Of a DNA stretch of 64,000 bases, positions 9,285 through 19,401 are shown piece after piece; position 1 is the first letter of the stretch, and every line of letters starts with the position of its first letter. The stretch comes from Halorussus marinus (GTDB lineage: Archaea; Halobacteriota; Halobacteria; Halobacteriales; Haladaptataceae), in contig NZ_SBIV01000003.1 of NCBI RefSeq assembly GCF_004765795.1, positions 372,001 through 436,000 of the forward strand, given 5' to 3'. The position numbers and the translations under genes are program-made. A model generated the notes under the pieces. The model searched no databases, was not told where the DNA came from, and saw only the letters and a program-made list of their open reading frames with translations.

Positions 9285-10343
9285 ATGGCGGTGTCGACGA
9301 TCTTCGTCGTCGGCGTGATCGCGGCCGTCTTCGTCGGGGTGAACGTCGGCGGCTCTTCGACGGGCGTGGCGTTCGGACCGGCGACCGGGAGCGGGGTGCT
9401 GTCGATGCGCCGGGCCTCCGGGCTGATGGCCGTGTTCGTGGTGCTCGGCGGGTTTACGATCGGAACGAATGTCGTCGATACGCTCGGGACCGACTTCGTC
9501 CCCGCCCAGTACTTCACGCTCGGCGCGTCGATCGGTATCCTCCTGTTCATTGGCCTCGGTATCCTGCTCGGGAACGTGCTCAAGGTGTCGACCAGCACCA
9601 GCCAGACCGCGGTCGCGGCGGTCGTCGGGATGGGCGCGGCTCTCGGGGTGCTCGACTGGCGGACCGTCGGGGTCGTCGGCATGTGGTGGCTCCTCTCGAC
9701 GATCCTCGCGTTCTGGCTCTGTGCGTTCGTCGGGCGGTACTTCTACGACGCGGTCGTGGACGCCCTCGACCTCGAATCCGGCGACTCCGGCCGCCTCGCC
9801 GAATTCGCGGTGATCGCTATCGGGTGTTACATGGCGTTTTCGGCGGGCGCGTCCAACGTCGCCAACGCGGTCGCGCCGCTGGTCGGCTCGGGCGAGCTCG
9901 GCATGACGACCGGTGTCGCGATCGGCGGGGTGGCGATCGGCGTCGGCGCCTTCGCGCTCGGCCCCCGGACCATGGAGACGGTCGGCGAGGACATCACCGA
10001 CCTCTCGCTGGAGGCGTCGCTGATCGCCGAACTCATCGCGGCGTCGATCCTCACCGGGCTGAGCTGGGCCGGCATCCCGGCGAGCCTCGCGGTCGTGCTC
10101 ACCGCCTGCGTCATCGGGCTCGGCTGGGGCCGGGCGAGCCGCCGGGTCCCGATCCACGCGATGGTCGACCCCGACGGGCCGACCGACGAGGCGCGCTCGA
10201 CGTGGGCCGCCGATCAGCTCGACCTCTTCGATCCCGCGACCACCAAGCGGATCGTGACGACGTGGATCGCCACCCCGACGGCCGCGGGGCTGATCGCGTT
10301 CGTCACCTTCGAGCTCGCAGAGCAGTTCCGGCTCCTCTCGTGA
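9285..10343 (+). CDS. Inorganic phosphate transporter (PiT family)
   Basis: GASNVANAVAPL signature, very hydrophobic; start at MAVSTIFV. Confidence 0.85.
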   Translation: MAVSTIFVVGVIAAVFVGVNVGGSSTGVAFGPATGSGVLSMRRASGLMAVFVVLGGFTIGTNVVDTLGTDFVPAQYFTLGASIGILLFIGLGILLGNVLKVSTSTSQTAVAAVVGMGAALGVLDWRTVGVVGMWWLLSTILAFWLCAFVGRYFYDAVVDALDLESGDSGRLAEFAVIAIGCYMAFSAGASNVANAVAPLVGSGELGMTTGVAIGGVAIGVGAFALGPRTMETVGEDITDLSLEASLIAELIAASILTGLSWAGIPASLAVVLTACVIGLGWGRASRRVPIHAMVDPDGPTDEARSTWAADQLDLFDPATTKRIVTTWIATPTAAGLIAFVTFELAEQFRLLS

Positions 10344-10444
10344 GCGATCGACCGGAGGGGCGGCCGCGGCGTCGGCCGGTCGCGGGGGTCTCGGTCCGGT
10401 ACGAGTCAGGCTTTTGGCCGACAGCTTCGAACTATCGGACGACC

Positions 10445-10999
10445 ATGTCACTGGAGGCACTCAGCGGTCGCTTTCAGGGGCGACAGACCCAGTTTCACAT
10501 CGAACTGCTGTACGGACTGCTCTTCGTCGTCGGCTTCGGCTATCTCGTGTTTCGCGTCGACCCGCGCGTGGCGGCGTTCGAGGGCGGGCTCGTTGTCGGC
10601 TATCTGTTGCGGATCTGGGAGAAGATGTCCATCTACGAGCGGATCCTCGAAGAGCGGATCTCCCAGGAGGCCGAGCGGCAGGTCGAGTCCGAAGTCGAGG
10701 ATCAGGTGGCCGACGAAGTCACCACGCAGGTCGAATCGGAAGTGGCGACCCGAGTCGAAGATCGGGTCGACGAGGAGGTCGCGACCGAACTCGAAGCGCA
10801 GGTCGACGAGGAGGTCACCACGCAGGTCGAATCGGAAGTGGCGACGCAGGTCGAAGACCGGGTCGACGAGCGAGTCGAACGCGAGGTCGAGGAAGCGATC
10901 GAGGCCGAGATCGGGGATCTCGACGAGCAGATCGACGAGCGCGTGACCGAACAGCTCGACGACGACGAGGAGTCTCGTCCGGACGACTCGTCGGCCTGA
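10445..10999 (+). CDS. Membrane protein with acidic repetitive helical tail
   Basis: Two N-terminal TM segments followed by E/V/D/Q-rich repeats. Confidence 0.75.
   Translation: MSLEALSGRFQGRQTQFHIELLYGLLFVVGFGYLVFRVDPRVAAFEGGLVVGYLLRIWEKMSIYERILEERISQEAERQVESEVEDQVADEVTTQVESEVATRVEDRVDEEVATELEAQVDEEVTTQVESEVATQVEDRVDERVEREVEEAIEAEIGDLDEQIDERVTEQLDDDEESRPDDSSA
10718..10870 (+). repeat. Intragenic direct repeat, 96-nt period (VTTQVESEVAT.VEDRVDE)
   Basis: gtcaccacgcaggtcgaatcggaagtggcgac at 10718 and 10814. Confidence 0.85.
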
Positions 11000-11054
11000 T
11001 GTCAGGACGACGATGCCGATGGTGGTCGAGCGCCGCCGGTCGCCGCCCCTCGGA

Positions 11055-11894
11055 TTACCGTCGCTTCTCGCTCTCGGTTTCGTCGCCGTTCGTCGCTCGG
11101 CGCTCGCGGTAGTCCGGTAGCGCGTCGTCCTGCATCACGGCGGTCCGCCCGCCATCGACCAGTAGCGACTCGCCCGTGAGGAAGGCGGCGTCGTCGCTCG
11201 CGAGGAACGCGACCGCGCCCGCCACGTCGGCGGGCCGGCCGAGCCGACCGACCGGGTGGATCGATTCGAGGTGCTCGCGGTACGAAGCGTCCATCTGCTC
11301 GGTCGTCCGGTCGACCGCGACCCACCCGGGGTTGACGGTGTTGACCCGGACCGCCGGCCCGAAGTCGAGCGCCATCGCCCGGGTCATCCCGTTGATCCCG
11401 GCCTTCACGGCGTTGTACGGGAACATCTCTGGCATCGTCAGAAACGCGTGGTTCGACGAGACGTTGACGATGGCGCCCTCGTCCATCTGTTCGCGGGCGC
11501 GCTTCGCACACAGCCAGTAGGCCCGGAAGTCGGTTTCGAGCACCAGCTCCCAGTCGTCGATCGACGCCTCGGCCGCCCCGGTGTCGGTCTCGACGCCGGC
11601 GTTGTTCACGAGCACGTCGAGGCCGCCGTACTCCGCGGCGGTCGCCTCGACCAGCGCCGCGATGTCGTCGGGGTCGCGCATGTCCGCCCGGACGAACGTC
11701 GCCTCGCCGCCCGCCGCCTCGACGTCGGCGACGGTGGCCGCACCGTCGTCCTCGCTCCGGCCGGTGACGACCACGTTCGCGCCCTCGCGGGCGAACCGCT
11801 CGGCGACGCCCGCGCCGATGCCGCGGGTCGAGCCGGTGACGAGGACCGTCTCGCCCTCGAAGCGCCGGGGGCGGTCGGTGTCGGACACGGTCAC
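11055..11894 (-). CDS. SDR family oxidoreductase
   Basis: TGSTRGIG, NNAG, YNAVK; GTG start overlaps the dgoD stop (GTGA). Confidence 0.9.
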   Translation of the reverse strand: MTVSDTDRPRRFEGETVLVTGSTRGIGAGVAERFAREGANVVVTGRSEDDGAATVADVEAAGGEATFVRADMRDPDDIAALVEATAAEYGGLDVLVNNAGVETDTGAAEASIDDWELVLETDFRAYWLCAKRAREQMDEGAIVNVSSNHAFLTMPEMFPYNAVKAGINGMTRAMALDFGPAVRVNTVNPGWVAVDRTTEQMDASYREHLESIHPVGRLGRPADVAGAVAFLASDDAAFLTGESLLVDGGRTAVMQDDALPDYRERRATNGDETESEKRR

Positions 11895-13045
11895 CACTCC
11901 GCGATCCCGCCGTCCTCGTGGCGCCAGACGGGGTTGTGCCAGTCGACGTCGCCCGCGACCGCCCGGACGTGGTCCTCGTCGATCTCGACGCCGAGGCCCG
12001 GCCCGTCGGGCAGGTCGACGTAGCCGTCCTCGTAGTCGAACACCGACGGGTCCGAGAGGTACTCGAGTACGTCGCTGGTCTCGTTGTAGTGGATGTCGAG
12101 GCTCTGCTCTTGGATCAGGGCGTTGGGCGCGGTGGCGTCGACTTGGACGCAGGACGCCAGCGCGATCGGGCCGAGCGGACAGTGGGGCGCAAGCGCCACG
12201 TCGTAGGCCTCGGCCATGTCGGCGATCTTCTTGACCTCGGTGATGCCGCCGGCGTGGCTCAGATCCGGCTGGACCACGTCGACGCTCCCGTTCTCGAACA
12301 CCTGTTTGAAGTCCCACCGCGAGAACAGCCGCTCGCCGGTCGCGATCGGCGTCGTGGTGTGGGCGGCGATCTCGGGGAGCGCGTCGTTGTGTTCGGGGAG
12401 CACCGGCTCCTCGATGAACATCGGCCGGTGGGGTTCGAGCGCGGCCGCGAGCCGCTTTGCCATCGACTTGGCGACCCGGCCGTGGAAGTCGACGCCGACG
12501 TCGACCTCGTCGCCGACCGCCTCCCGGACCGCCCGCAGGCGATCGACCGCGGCGTCGACCGCGGCCGGCGAGTCGATCCGACGCATCTCGGGGGTCGCGT
12601 TCATCTTGAGCGCGCTGAACCCCGCCTCGACCTTCTCCCGGGCGGCCTCGGCGACGTTCTCGGGGCGGTCGCCGCCGACCCACTGATACACCCGGACTCG
12701 GTCGCGCGCCTTGCCGCCCAAAAGCTCGTAGACGGGCGCGCCGAACCGCTTGCCCTTGATGTCCCAGAGGGCCTGATCGACGCCAGCGATCGCCGACATC
12801 AGGACGGGGCCGCCCCGGTAGAACCCCCCGCGGTACATCGTCTGCCAGTGGTCCTCGATCCGGCCGGCCGGCTCCCCGAGGAGGTAGGTGTCGAGCAGTT
12901 CCTCGACGGCGGTCCGGACCGTGCGGGCCCGCCCTTCGACGACGGGTTCGCCCCAGCCGACCGTCCCGTCGCTCGTCTCCAGTCGGACGAACAGCCACCG
13001 CGGCGGGACCTCGTACAGTTCGTAGTCGACGATCCGGTCGGTCAC
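11891..13045 (-). CDS. dgoD: Galactonate/gluconate dehydratase (enolase superfamily)
   Basis: VPPRWLFVRLET, GWGEPVVEG, VDFHGR, FIEEP, PHCPLGP. Confidence 0.9.
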   Translation of the reverse strand: MTDRIVDYELYEVPPRWLFVRLETSDGTVGWGEPVVEGRARTVRTAVEELLDTYLLGEPAGRIEDHWQTMYRGGFYRGGPVLMSAIAGVDQALWDIKGKRFGAPVYELLGGKARDRVRVYQWVGGDRPENVAEAAREKVEAGFSALKMNATPEMRRIDSPAAVDAAVDRLRAVREAVGDEVDVGVDFHGRVAKSMAKRLAAALEPHRPMFIEEPVLPEHNDALPEIAAHTTTPIATGERLFSRWDFKQVFENGSVDVVQPDLSHAGGITEVKKIADMAEAYDVALAPHCPLGPIALASCVQVDATAPNALIQEQSLDIHYNETSDVLEYLSDPSVFDYEDGYVDLPDGPGLGVEIDEDHVRAVAGDVDWHNPVWRHEDGGIAEW

Positions 13046-13268
13046 GCCCGACCACCACGGGGACGGGACGGCGCGGGGACGCGACGCGGCGTCGGTTCTC
13101 GGAGTGTCATCGTCAGATACCGGGGAGCGACGCGGCGGCGGCTGATAAGGTTTGGCGTTCGGCTCACCGACCGAGAGCGGTCGGCGAGTCGGGACGAGAG
13201 ACGCTGATTCTCCACACGTCACCGAGGCCGGATCGGCGACGTCGGACGACGTGGCGAGTGTGGGGCGC

Positions 13269-14333
13269 TCACTGATCGGGTTCGGGGTCGAAGACGTCTG
13301 GCTTTTCCTCGCCTTCGGCCGCGATCACGGCCATACACCCCTTCCGGGCGACCCGGGTCAGCGAGTGGTCGACCAGCTTGACGCCGCCGGGGACCGGGAA
13401 GTCCATAGTCGCGACGGTCGCGGTGCCCGGCCGGACGGGCGTCGTCTCGATGTACTTCTGGGTCCGGGAGGTGAGCGATCCCTTCGGGTACAGCTCTTTC
13501 CACACGTTGCCGATGGGGTGGAAGCTACTGGTGAGGTTGGGGCCGCCGGTCACGAAGTACACCCGGGCGGTGTCGCCGGTCTCGACGGTCATCGGCCCGC
13601 GGCCGTCCGGGGTCAGCGCGTACTTCTCGCCGTTCATCAGGACGTAGCTGGGCTCCTCGCGGCGCATCGCCTCGGTGTCGAAGGCGTGGTGGCCGCTCTC
13701 GCCCGCGCGCTTGTCGGTGTAGAGCTCGTGCTGGCCGACGTAGAACTCGTGGTCGACCGCCGGCAGGCCGTCCTCGGGCTCGACCAGGATGATGCCGAAC
13801 ATCCCCGCCGAGATGTGGGTGTCCATGTTCGGCACCGCGCAGTGGTAGATGAACGCCCCGGGGTAGGTCGCCTTGAACCGCAGGCGAGCGCTCTCGCCCG
13901 GCGGGACGGTGGTGGCGTCGGCGCCCCCGCCCGGCCCGTAGCAGGCGTGGAAGTCCACGTTGTGGGGCATCGTGTTCTCCTCGGGGTTCTCGAAGGTGAG
14001 GTCGACGGTGTCGCCCCGCCGGACCCGGATCATCGGCCCCGGAATCTGGCCGTCGTACGTCATGTAGTCGAACGTGACCCCGTCTTCGATCTCGGCGGTC
14101 ACCTCCTCGGCCCGGAGGGTCCTCGAAACCGTCTTTGGCTCGCTTCGGTCGATGGGGTCGGGGATGTCGGTCGGGTCGGCCGCCACTCGGTCGGTCGTCG
14201 TCTTCGTCGTAGTCTGTTGTTGCATGGTCGTGTCCGTCGCGCTCGGAGCGGTTTCGCTAGCACACCCGGCGAGCGACGCCGCGCCGCCGAGGCCGATACC
14301 CTGCAGGACCGTCCGCCGATTGGTTCGAGGCAT
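13269..14333 (-). CDS. nirK: Copper-containing nitrite reductase, Tat lipoprotein
   Basis: RR signal plus LAGC lipobox; HNVDFH, YHCA, HISAGM, SSFHPIG, VDHS copper ligands. Confidence 0.95.
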   Translation of the reverse strand: MPRTNRRTVLQGIGLGGAASLAGCASETAPSATDTTMQQQTTTKTTTDRVAADPTDIPDPIDRSEPKTVSRTLRAEEVTAEIEDGVTFDYMTYDGQIPGPMIRVRRGDTVDLTFENPEENTMPHNVDFHACYGPGGGADATTVPPGESARLRFKATYPGAFIYHCAVPNMDTHISAGMFGIILVEPEDGLPAVDHEFYVGQHELYTDKRAGESGHHAFDTEAMRREEPSYVLMNGEKYALTPDGRGPMTVETGDTARVYFVTGGPNLTSSFHPIGNVWKELYPKGSLTSRTQKYIETTPVRPGTATVATMDFPVPGGVKLVDHSLTRVARKGCMAVIAAEGEEKPDVFDPEPDQ

Positions 14334-14413
14334 TGGGAGTCACCTTACACTTGCAGATAGCGACCGACCCACCTTCAACCGGGTCGGCGATTCTCGGTCG
14401 GACGGAACGCCGA

Positions 14414-14425
14414 CGAACACGTTCA
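14414..14425. promoter_or_regulatory. Imperfect CGAA-N4-TTCG operator upstream of nirK
   Basis: CGAACACGTTCA. Confidence 0.6.
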
Positions 14426-14498
14426 CCGGGTTCTCAGAGTTTGAGAACCGTCGGTCAGTCTCGACGCCGCCGGGCGAGACCGAAAGAAGTGTGGCCGG

Positions 14499-16787
14499 TC
14501 AGTCGTCGTCGAGCACGCCGCCGGCCGCGGCCGGCGTGTCGGCGGGCGCCTCGCTCGCCGATTCGCGGCGGACCCGAATCTTCTTGACCACGTCGTAGCC
14601 GAAGAGGGCGGTTCCGAGGATCACGAGCACGTCGCCGGGCATCCGGGCCCAGAACAGCAACTGAACGAGCTCGCCCTCGTAGAACGCCAGACTCCGGGCG
14701 GCGTCGTAGCTCTGCGTGAACGCCACTTCGAGCTGGAGAAATCCGACCGGGAGCAGGCTGATCCCGACCATCAGCGCGAGCCCGGCGTTCCACGTCCAGA
14801 ACGCCCACCGGAGGGTGCGCTCGCGCCACTTGGCCTCGGGCACCGCGATCCGGAGCATGTAGACGACCATCCCCAGCGCGAGCAGGCCGAACGCGCCGAA
14901 CATCGCGGCGTGGGCGTGGGCGACCGTGAGGTAGGTGCCGTGCTCGAAGTAGTTGATGAACGGGAGGTTGATGAAGAACCCGAGCACCCCCGCCCCGACG
15001 AAGTTCCAGATCCCGCTGGCGACGATGAACATGAACGGGAGCGTGTAGGGGAACGACTCGCCGCTGGCCGCCATCGCGCGGTACTGGCCCATCGCCTCGT
15101 AGAGGATGAACACCAGCGGGATGAGTTCGAGCGTCGAGAACGCGCTCCCGATCGGGATCCACATGTCGGGCTGGCCGACCCACCAGTAGTGGTGTGAGAC
15201 GCCGATGACGCCGGTCCCCATCACGAGCAGGGCTTGAACCATCACCGCCTTCTCGGCCGAGCGCCGATCGAGCAGGTTCATGCTGGTGAGGGTGACCCCG
15301 ACCAGCGCGACGATGAAGAACTCGAAGGCGCCCTCGACCCACATGTGGACGACCCACCACCGCCAGAACTCCGTGACGACGATGTTGGTCTGGGGCGTGT
15401 AGAGGAACCCCGCACAGAACAGCAGGGCGATCGACCCGCCCGCGTACAGGATCATGTGCGCGAGGCCGTACCGGGGCTCGCGGTCGAGCAGGGGCTTGAG
15501 CCCGCGGGCGGTCAGGACCGCCCACGCGAGGAAGCCGACGAGGATGCCGGCCTGCCAGAGCCGCCCGATCTCGAGGTATTCGAGCCCCTCGTTGCCGAGG
15601 ATCCACCAGAGCGCGCCGTCGAAGTACCCCTTCGAGCCGAGCCAGACCCCGGCGAGGCCCCCGACCACGACCACGACGAGCGCGCCAAGCAGGCCGTTGA
15701 CGTATCGGCCCTGATTCTTCGGCTCGCGGCCGGTCAGCAGCGGCGGGAGGAACAGCCCCGCCCCGAGCCACAGCGTGGCGATCCAGAGGATCCCGAGGTC
15801 GATGTGCCACGTCTTGGCGATGGCGAACGGGAGCATCGAGAGGAAGTCGATGCCGAGCAGTTCGCCGAGCCCGAAGAACGCGTCGCGCTCGATGTAGTAG
15901 TGGGCAAGCAGTCCGCCCAGCAGGACCTGCGCGAGAAACAGCCCCGCCCCGACCACGACGAACCGGAGCGCGGCGGCCTGTCCGGGGAAGAGGTTCACCT
16001 CGCTCGGCCGGGGCACCGTCACGCCCTCGGTGTCGGGCTCGGGGAGCTCGATCGACTTGTAGAGCCAGACGCCAAAGCCCGCCCCGGCGACCAGCAACAC
16101 CATCGCGACGACGCTCCAGGTCATCGCCGCGCCGGTGGCGTCGTTCCCGGCCGCGGGCTCGTAGGGCCACTCGTTGGTGTACGAGTGGTCGCCGGCCGGC
16201 CGATCGGTGTGGGAGAACCACGCGGTCCAGAGCGCGAAGTCCGCGAACTCCCGGGCCTCCTCCTCGCTCTCGATCATCCCCTCGGGGACGCCCCGCTCGG
16301 CGCTCCCCTCGTGGTAGCGCTCGACGTACGTCCCGCGGACCTGCTCGTGGGCGTACGCCTCGGCGGCCGAGTACTCGATCCGGTCGCCCGGCTCGCCGTC
16401 GCCGAGATCGCCCTCGACCGCCACGTCGACGGTCGCCCGCTGGTCCTCGGCGAGCGCGTCGTACGAGGCGTCGTACTGCTCGCGGGCGTAGTAGTCTCGC
16501 ATGTGCGCTACTTTCAGGTCGAGCGCGTCGGCGGTGTAGTCGGCGCCGTAGTACGCGCCGTTACCGAGGATCGACCCGTGGTTCATCATGCCGTTCGACT
16601 GGAAGGTCGTCTTGCCCGCCTGGACCTGCTCGGCGGTGACCACCGTCTCGCCGTCGGGACCGACGACTTCCTGGGGGATCGGCGGGGCCTCCTGATAGGA
16701 GTACCACGCGCCCACGCCCATCACCGCCAGGTTCAGGACGAACACGACTGCCAGAATCTTGGCGAGCGTGCTGCGTTTGACTCTCAT
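14499..16787 (-). CDS. norB: Quinol-dependent nitric oxide reductase (qNor)
   Basis: WWVVHMWVEGAFE, SHHYWW, AHAHAAMFG heme/Fe ligands; long qNor N-terminal domain. Confidence 0.95.
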   Translation of the reverse strand: MRVKRSTLAKILAVVFVLNLAVMGVGAWYSYQEAPPIPQEVVGPDGETVVTAEQVQAGKTTFQSNGMMNHGSILGNGAYYGADYTADALDLKVAHMRDYYAREQYDASYDALAEDQRATVDVAVEGDLGDGEPGDRIEYSAAEAYAHEQVRGTYVERYHEGSAERGVPEGMIESEEEAREFADFALWTAWFSHTDRPAGDHSYTNEWPYEPAAGNDATGAAMTWSVVAMVLLVAGAGFGVWLYKSIELPEPDTEGVTVPRPSEVNLFPGQAAALRFVVVGAGLFLAQVLLGGLLAHYYIERDAFFGLGELLGIDFLSMLPFAIAKTWHIDLGILWIATLWLGAGLFLPPLLTGREPKNQGRYVNGLLGALVVVVVGGLAGVWLGSKGYFDGALWWILGNEGLEYLEIGRLWQAGILVGFLAWAVLTARGLKPLLDREPRYGLAHMILYAGGSIALLFCAGFLYTPQTNIVVTEFWRWWVVHMWVEGAFEFFIVALVGVTLTSMNLLDRRSAEKAVMVQALLVMGTGVIGVSHHYWWVGQPDMWIPIGSAFSTLELIPLVFILYEAMGQYRAMAASGESFPYTLPFMFIVASGIWNFVGAGVLGFFINLPFINYFEHGTYLTVAHAHAAMFGAFGLLALGMVVYMLRIAVPEAKWRERTLRWAFWTWNAGLALMVGISLLPVGFLQLEVAFTQSYDAARSLAFYEGELVQLLFWARMPGDVLVILGTALFGYDVVKKIRVRRESASEAPADTPAAAGGVLDDD

Positions 16788-16854
16788 ACAGTTCGGGGTT
16801 GCCGTTCGGGGACCTTTTACCCGGAACGCGATTCCCGGCGGTTCGAAACCCGGC

Positions 16855-16866
16855 CGAACGCGTTCG
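16855..16866. promoter_or_regulatory. CGAA-N4-TTCG operator upstream of norB
   Basis: CGAACGCGTTCG. Confidence 0.75.
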
Positions 16867-17007
16867 GGCGCGTCGGGACACCGATGACCGGCGCCGCGAC
16901 TCCGGGCGGTCGTCGCGGGACGGCGGCCGGGCTGGTCGTCTCACATGCCGCGCGAAAAGTGAGGAGTGTACGTCTGCGCGCCCCGGTCGCGACCGCCGCT
17001 CTGGGGG

Positions 17008-17319
17008 TCAGTCGTCGTCGGCTCGCCGGGCCAGTACCAACAGCGCGGTGCTGTCTTGCTCGGCCTTCGGCGAGACCTCCTCTCGGCCGTCGAACCGGAG
17101 GAGATCGCCGGGTTCGAGCACGTTCGACTCGCCGTCGACTCGCACGTCGAGGCGTCCCGACACCGCGTGGACGACGATCTCCCGGTCGGGGTGGCGGTGG
17201 GCGGGCACCTCCTCGCCCGCCGCCAGCGACAGCCCCACCGTCTTGGGCTCGCTGGCGGGGAACGCGACTTCGCGGGGCGTCTCGGTCAGGTCGTCGAGGC
17301 TGGCGGTCTCGACCATCAC
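17008..17319 (-). CDS. Cupin domain protein
   Basis: PAHRHP...VSG...LEPGD cupin pattern. Confidence 0.8.
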   Translation of the reverse strand: MMVETASLDDLTETPREVAFPASEPKTVGLSLAAGEEVPAHRHPDREIVVHAVSGRLDVRVDGESNVLEPGDLLRFDGREEVSPKAEQDSTALLVLARRADDD

Positions 17320-17543
17320 TGCTTGGGGAACTTCGCCACGAATTTCTCGTCGTCCTCGCGATCGACCTCGTAGCCGTCGGCATCGAACGCCTCGACCTCC
17401 GCCCGCATCTCGTAGAACAGGGGCTTGGGCTCGTGGTCGTTGACGATCTCCAGCGTCTCGCCGGCGTCCATGTCCTCGAACGTCTGGTGGATCATCGGGT
17501 GGCGCTCCGGCGGCGGAATCTCGCGGACATCTAGGGTTGGCAT
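17316..17543 (-). CDS. DUF2249 (TusA-like) protein
   Basis: LDVREIPPPERHP...NDHEPKPL. Confidence 0.85.
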   Translation of the reverse strand: MPTLDVREIPPPERHPMIHQTFEDMDAGETLEIVNDHEPKPLFYEMRAEVEAFDADGYEVDREDDEKFVAKFPKQ

Positions 17544-17583
17544 GCGATCGAACGTTTGCCCACGTCGCTATTCGGGGTTCTCC

Positions 17584-17595
17584 CGAAGATGTTCG
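17584..17595. promoter_or_regulatory. CGAA-N4-TTCG operator
   Basis: CGAAGATGTTCG, 41 nt upstream of the 17543 start. Confidence 0.8.
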
Positions 17596-17598
17596 CCT

Positions 17599-17979
17599 CT
17601 ACTCCCCGGTCGGATCGAACTCGCCGGCCGCCAGCCCGCGCCGGACCGGCTCGTGTTCGGCGTCGGTCGGCGGCGGCGCGGTCACCAGCGTCGCCTCCAG
17701 GCGCCCGTCGGCGTCGGCGCGCACGCCCCTGTCTTCGCCGGCCGGGACGACCACCACCTCGCCCGGCCCGACCGCGTGCTCGTCGTCGCCGTCTCGGATC
17801 ACGCCGGCCCCGCGCCGAACCGTGATCGCCACGTCGCTGTCGGGCGCGTGAACCGGGATGAACTGGCCCGGCTCGAAGTAGCCGAGCACGACCTTCATCC
17901 GGTCGCTCCGGAACACCGATCGGGCCGAGAACTGTTCGTCGTTGTACTCGCGCTCGGCGTCGAAATCTGTCGCGACCAT
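17599..17979 (-). CDS. Cupin domain protein
   Basis: FEPGQFIPVHAP...VGPGEVVVVPAG. Confidence 0.85.
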   Translation of the reverse strand: MVATDFDAEREYNDEQFSARSVFRSDRMKVVLGYFEPGQFIPVHAPDSDVAITVRRGAGVIRDGDDEHAVGPGEVVVVPAGEDRGVRADADGRLEATLVTAPPPTDAEHEPVRRGLAAGEFDPTGE

Positions 17980-18017
17980 GTCCGGACGTGGGGCAGACGC
18001 GTCCGTCACCGGTTTCC

Positions 18018-18029
18018 CGAACAAGTTCG
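18018..18029. promoter_or_regulatory. CGAA-N4-TTCG operator
   Basis: CGAACAAGTTCG, 39 nt upstream of the 17979 start. Confidence 0.8.
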
Positions 18030-18054
18030 GCCAGTCCGGCGCACAGCCGGCCGA

Positions 18055-19401
18055 TCACCGCAGTCCGTCGTCGGGATCGCGCTCGGCGGCCTCAGCCGCG
18101 AGCACCTCGATCCGGAGCGCCTCGGGGCCGTGGCGCAGGACCACGCCGACGAGGTTGGCCGCGAAGAGCCCGAACCCGAGCGTCGCCGCGACCCCGCCCG
18201 CGAGCCCGGCGACTCCGATGCCGGTCGCGTCGCCGGCCACGAGGAGTCCGAGCCCGCCGAACGCGAGCCAGAAGTCGACCGCCGCGAGCCGGTCGTCGTA
18301 GAGGTCGTCGATCATCGGGACCGACTCCAGTCCCACCCGGTCGCTGTACCGCCGGAGCCAGACGACGAACGGCACGACGTGGTAAAGCGTCCCGAGCAGG
18401 ACGAACCCCACGACGCCGGCCAGCAGGAAGTGACCGACGCCCGGCGGGCCGAAGACGACCGCCGGATCGGTCGGGGCCGCGAGCCACGCGGGCGCGGTCG
18501 CGAGCGCCCACGCCGGGAGCGCGAGCGCGGCGACGCCGTACCGCGACAGCATCGGCGTGCGCTCGACGCGGGTCCGCGAGAGGGTGCGTGCGAGCACCGC
18601 CGAGAACGCGAGCACCCCGACCAGCACCAACACCGCGCCCGCGAGCCCGACCGCCGCCGCGTCGGTCCCGCGGCCGACCGCGAGCGCGAGGACCCCGACC
18701 GGGTAGGTCCACTCCTCGACCCGCCGGAGTCGCTGGTCGACGGCGTCGAGGTCCGTCTGGGTGAACATCGTCGCGAGCTGGTAGAGCGCGCCGATCACGG
18801 TGGTCAGGATCACGCCGAACGCCGCCAGCGTGGCGTGGGCCGCGACGATCCGCGTCCGGACCAGCCCGGCGGCTCCCAGCGTCGGCCGGACGAAGTCGAC
18901 CGCGAGCGCGAGCCCGAGCGCGGTCACGACGACCGCGTAGCCGAGCGTCTGAGCGAAGTGGCGCTCGGTCACGTCGAGCGACCGGACCGGCGGGAGGCTC
19001 CGGGCGACGTTGTAGGCGAACACCCAGAAGCCGACGAGCATCGCCCCGCCCGCGACCGGGAGCCACGCGAGCGCGCCGGCGACCAGCGCCGCCCCGAACC
19101 CCGCGAGTCCGGTCGCGACCAGCCCGAGCTGGGCGAGCGCGAGCCGCCGGGAGTGGAGGTCGACCCCCGACCACACCGGGACGAACTGGGTCATCGCGCC
19201 CATGATGGTGACACAGACCCACCCGATCAAAAGCAAGTGGACGTGGGCGAGCCCCGACAGCCCCCAGTGGGCGCCGGCCGCGCCGGCGACCCCGAGCGCG
19301 CTCCCCGCCAGCAGGAAGCCGACCCCGACCACGAAGTGGCCGAGGGGAACGACGAGCGGCGGGCCGCGCTCGGCGTCGATCCCGCCGGGAATCGCGGTCA
19401 T
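18055..19401 (-). CDS. Polytopic membrane protein with intramembrane His residues (heme-copper-oxidase/NnrS-like)
   Basis: About 12 TM segments; repeated H-x5-G motifs (AHVHLLLIGW, AHATLAAFG, GHFLLAG); ATGA overlap with the upstream gene. Confidence 0.7.
   Translation of the reverse strand: MTAIPGGIDAERGPPLVVPLGHFVVGVGFLLAGSALGVAGAAGAHWGLSGLAHVHLLLIGWVCVTIMGAMTQFVPVWSGVDLHSRRLALAQLGLVATGLAGFGAALVAGALAWLPVAGGAMLVGFWVFAYNVARSLPPVRSLDVTERHFAQTLGYAVVVTALGLALAVDFVRPTLGAAGLVRTRIVAAHATLAAFGVILTTVIGALYQLATMFTQTDLDAVDQRLRRVEEWTYPVGVLALAVGRGTDAAAVGLAGAVLVLVGVLAFSAVLARTLSRTRVERTPMLSRYGVAALALPAWALATAPAWLAAPTDPAVVFGPPGVGHFLLAGVVGFVLLGTLYHVVPFVVWLRRYSDRVGLESVPMIDDLYDDRLAAVDFWLAFGGLGLLVAGDATGIGVAGLAGGVAATLGFGLFAANLVGVVLRHGPEALRIEVLAAEAAERDPDDGLR

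Noticed and set aside
11055..13058. Apparent 667-aa SDR
   Set aside because: The upstream part is an alternative frame of dgoD; the SDR starts at the GTGA overlap (11894).
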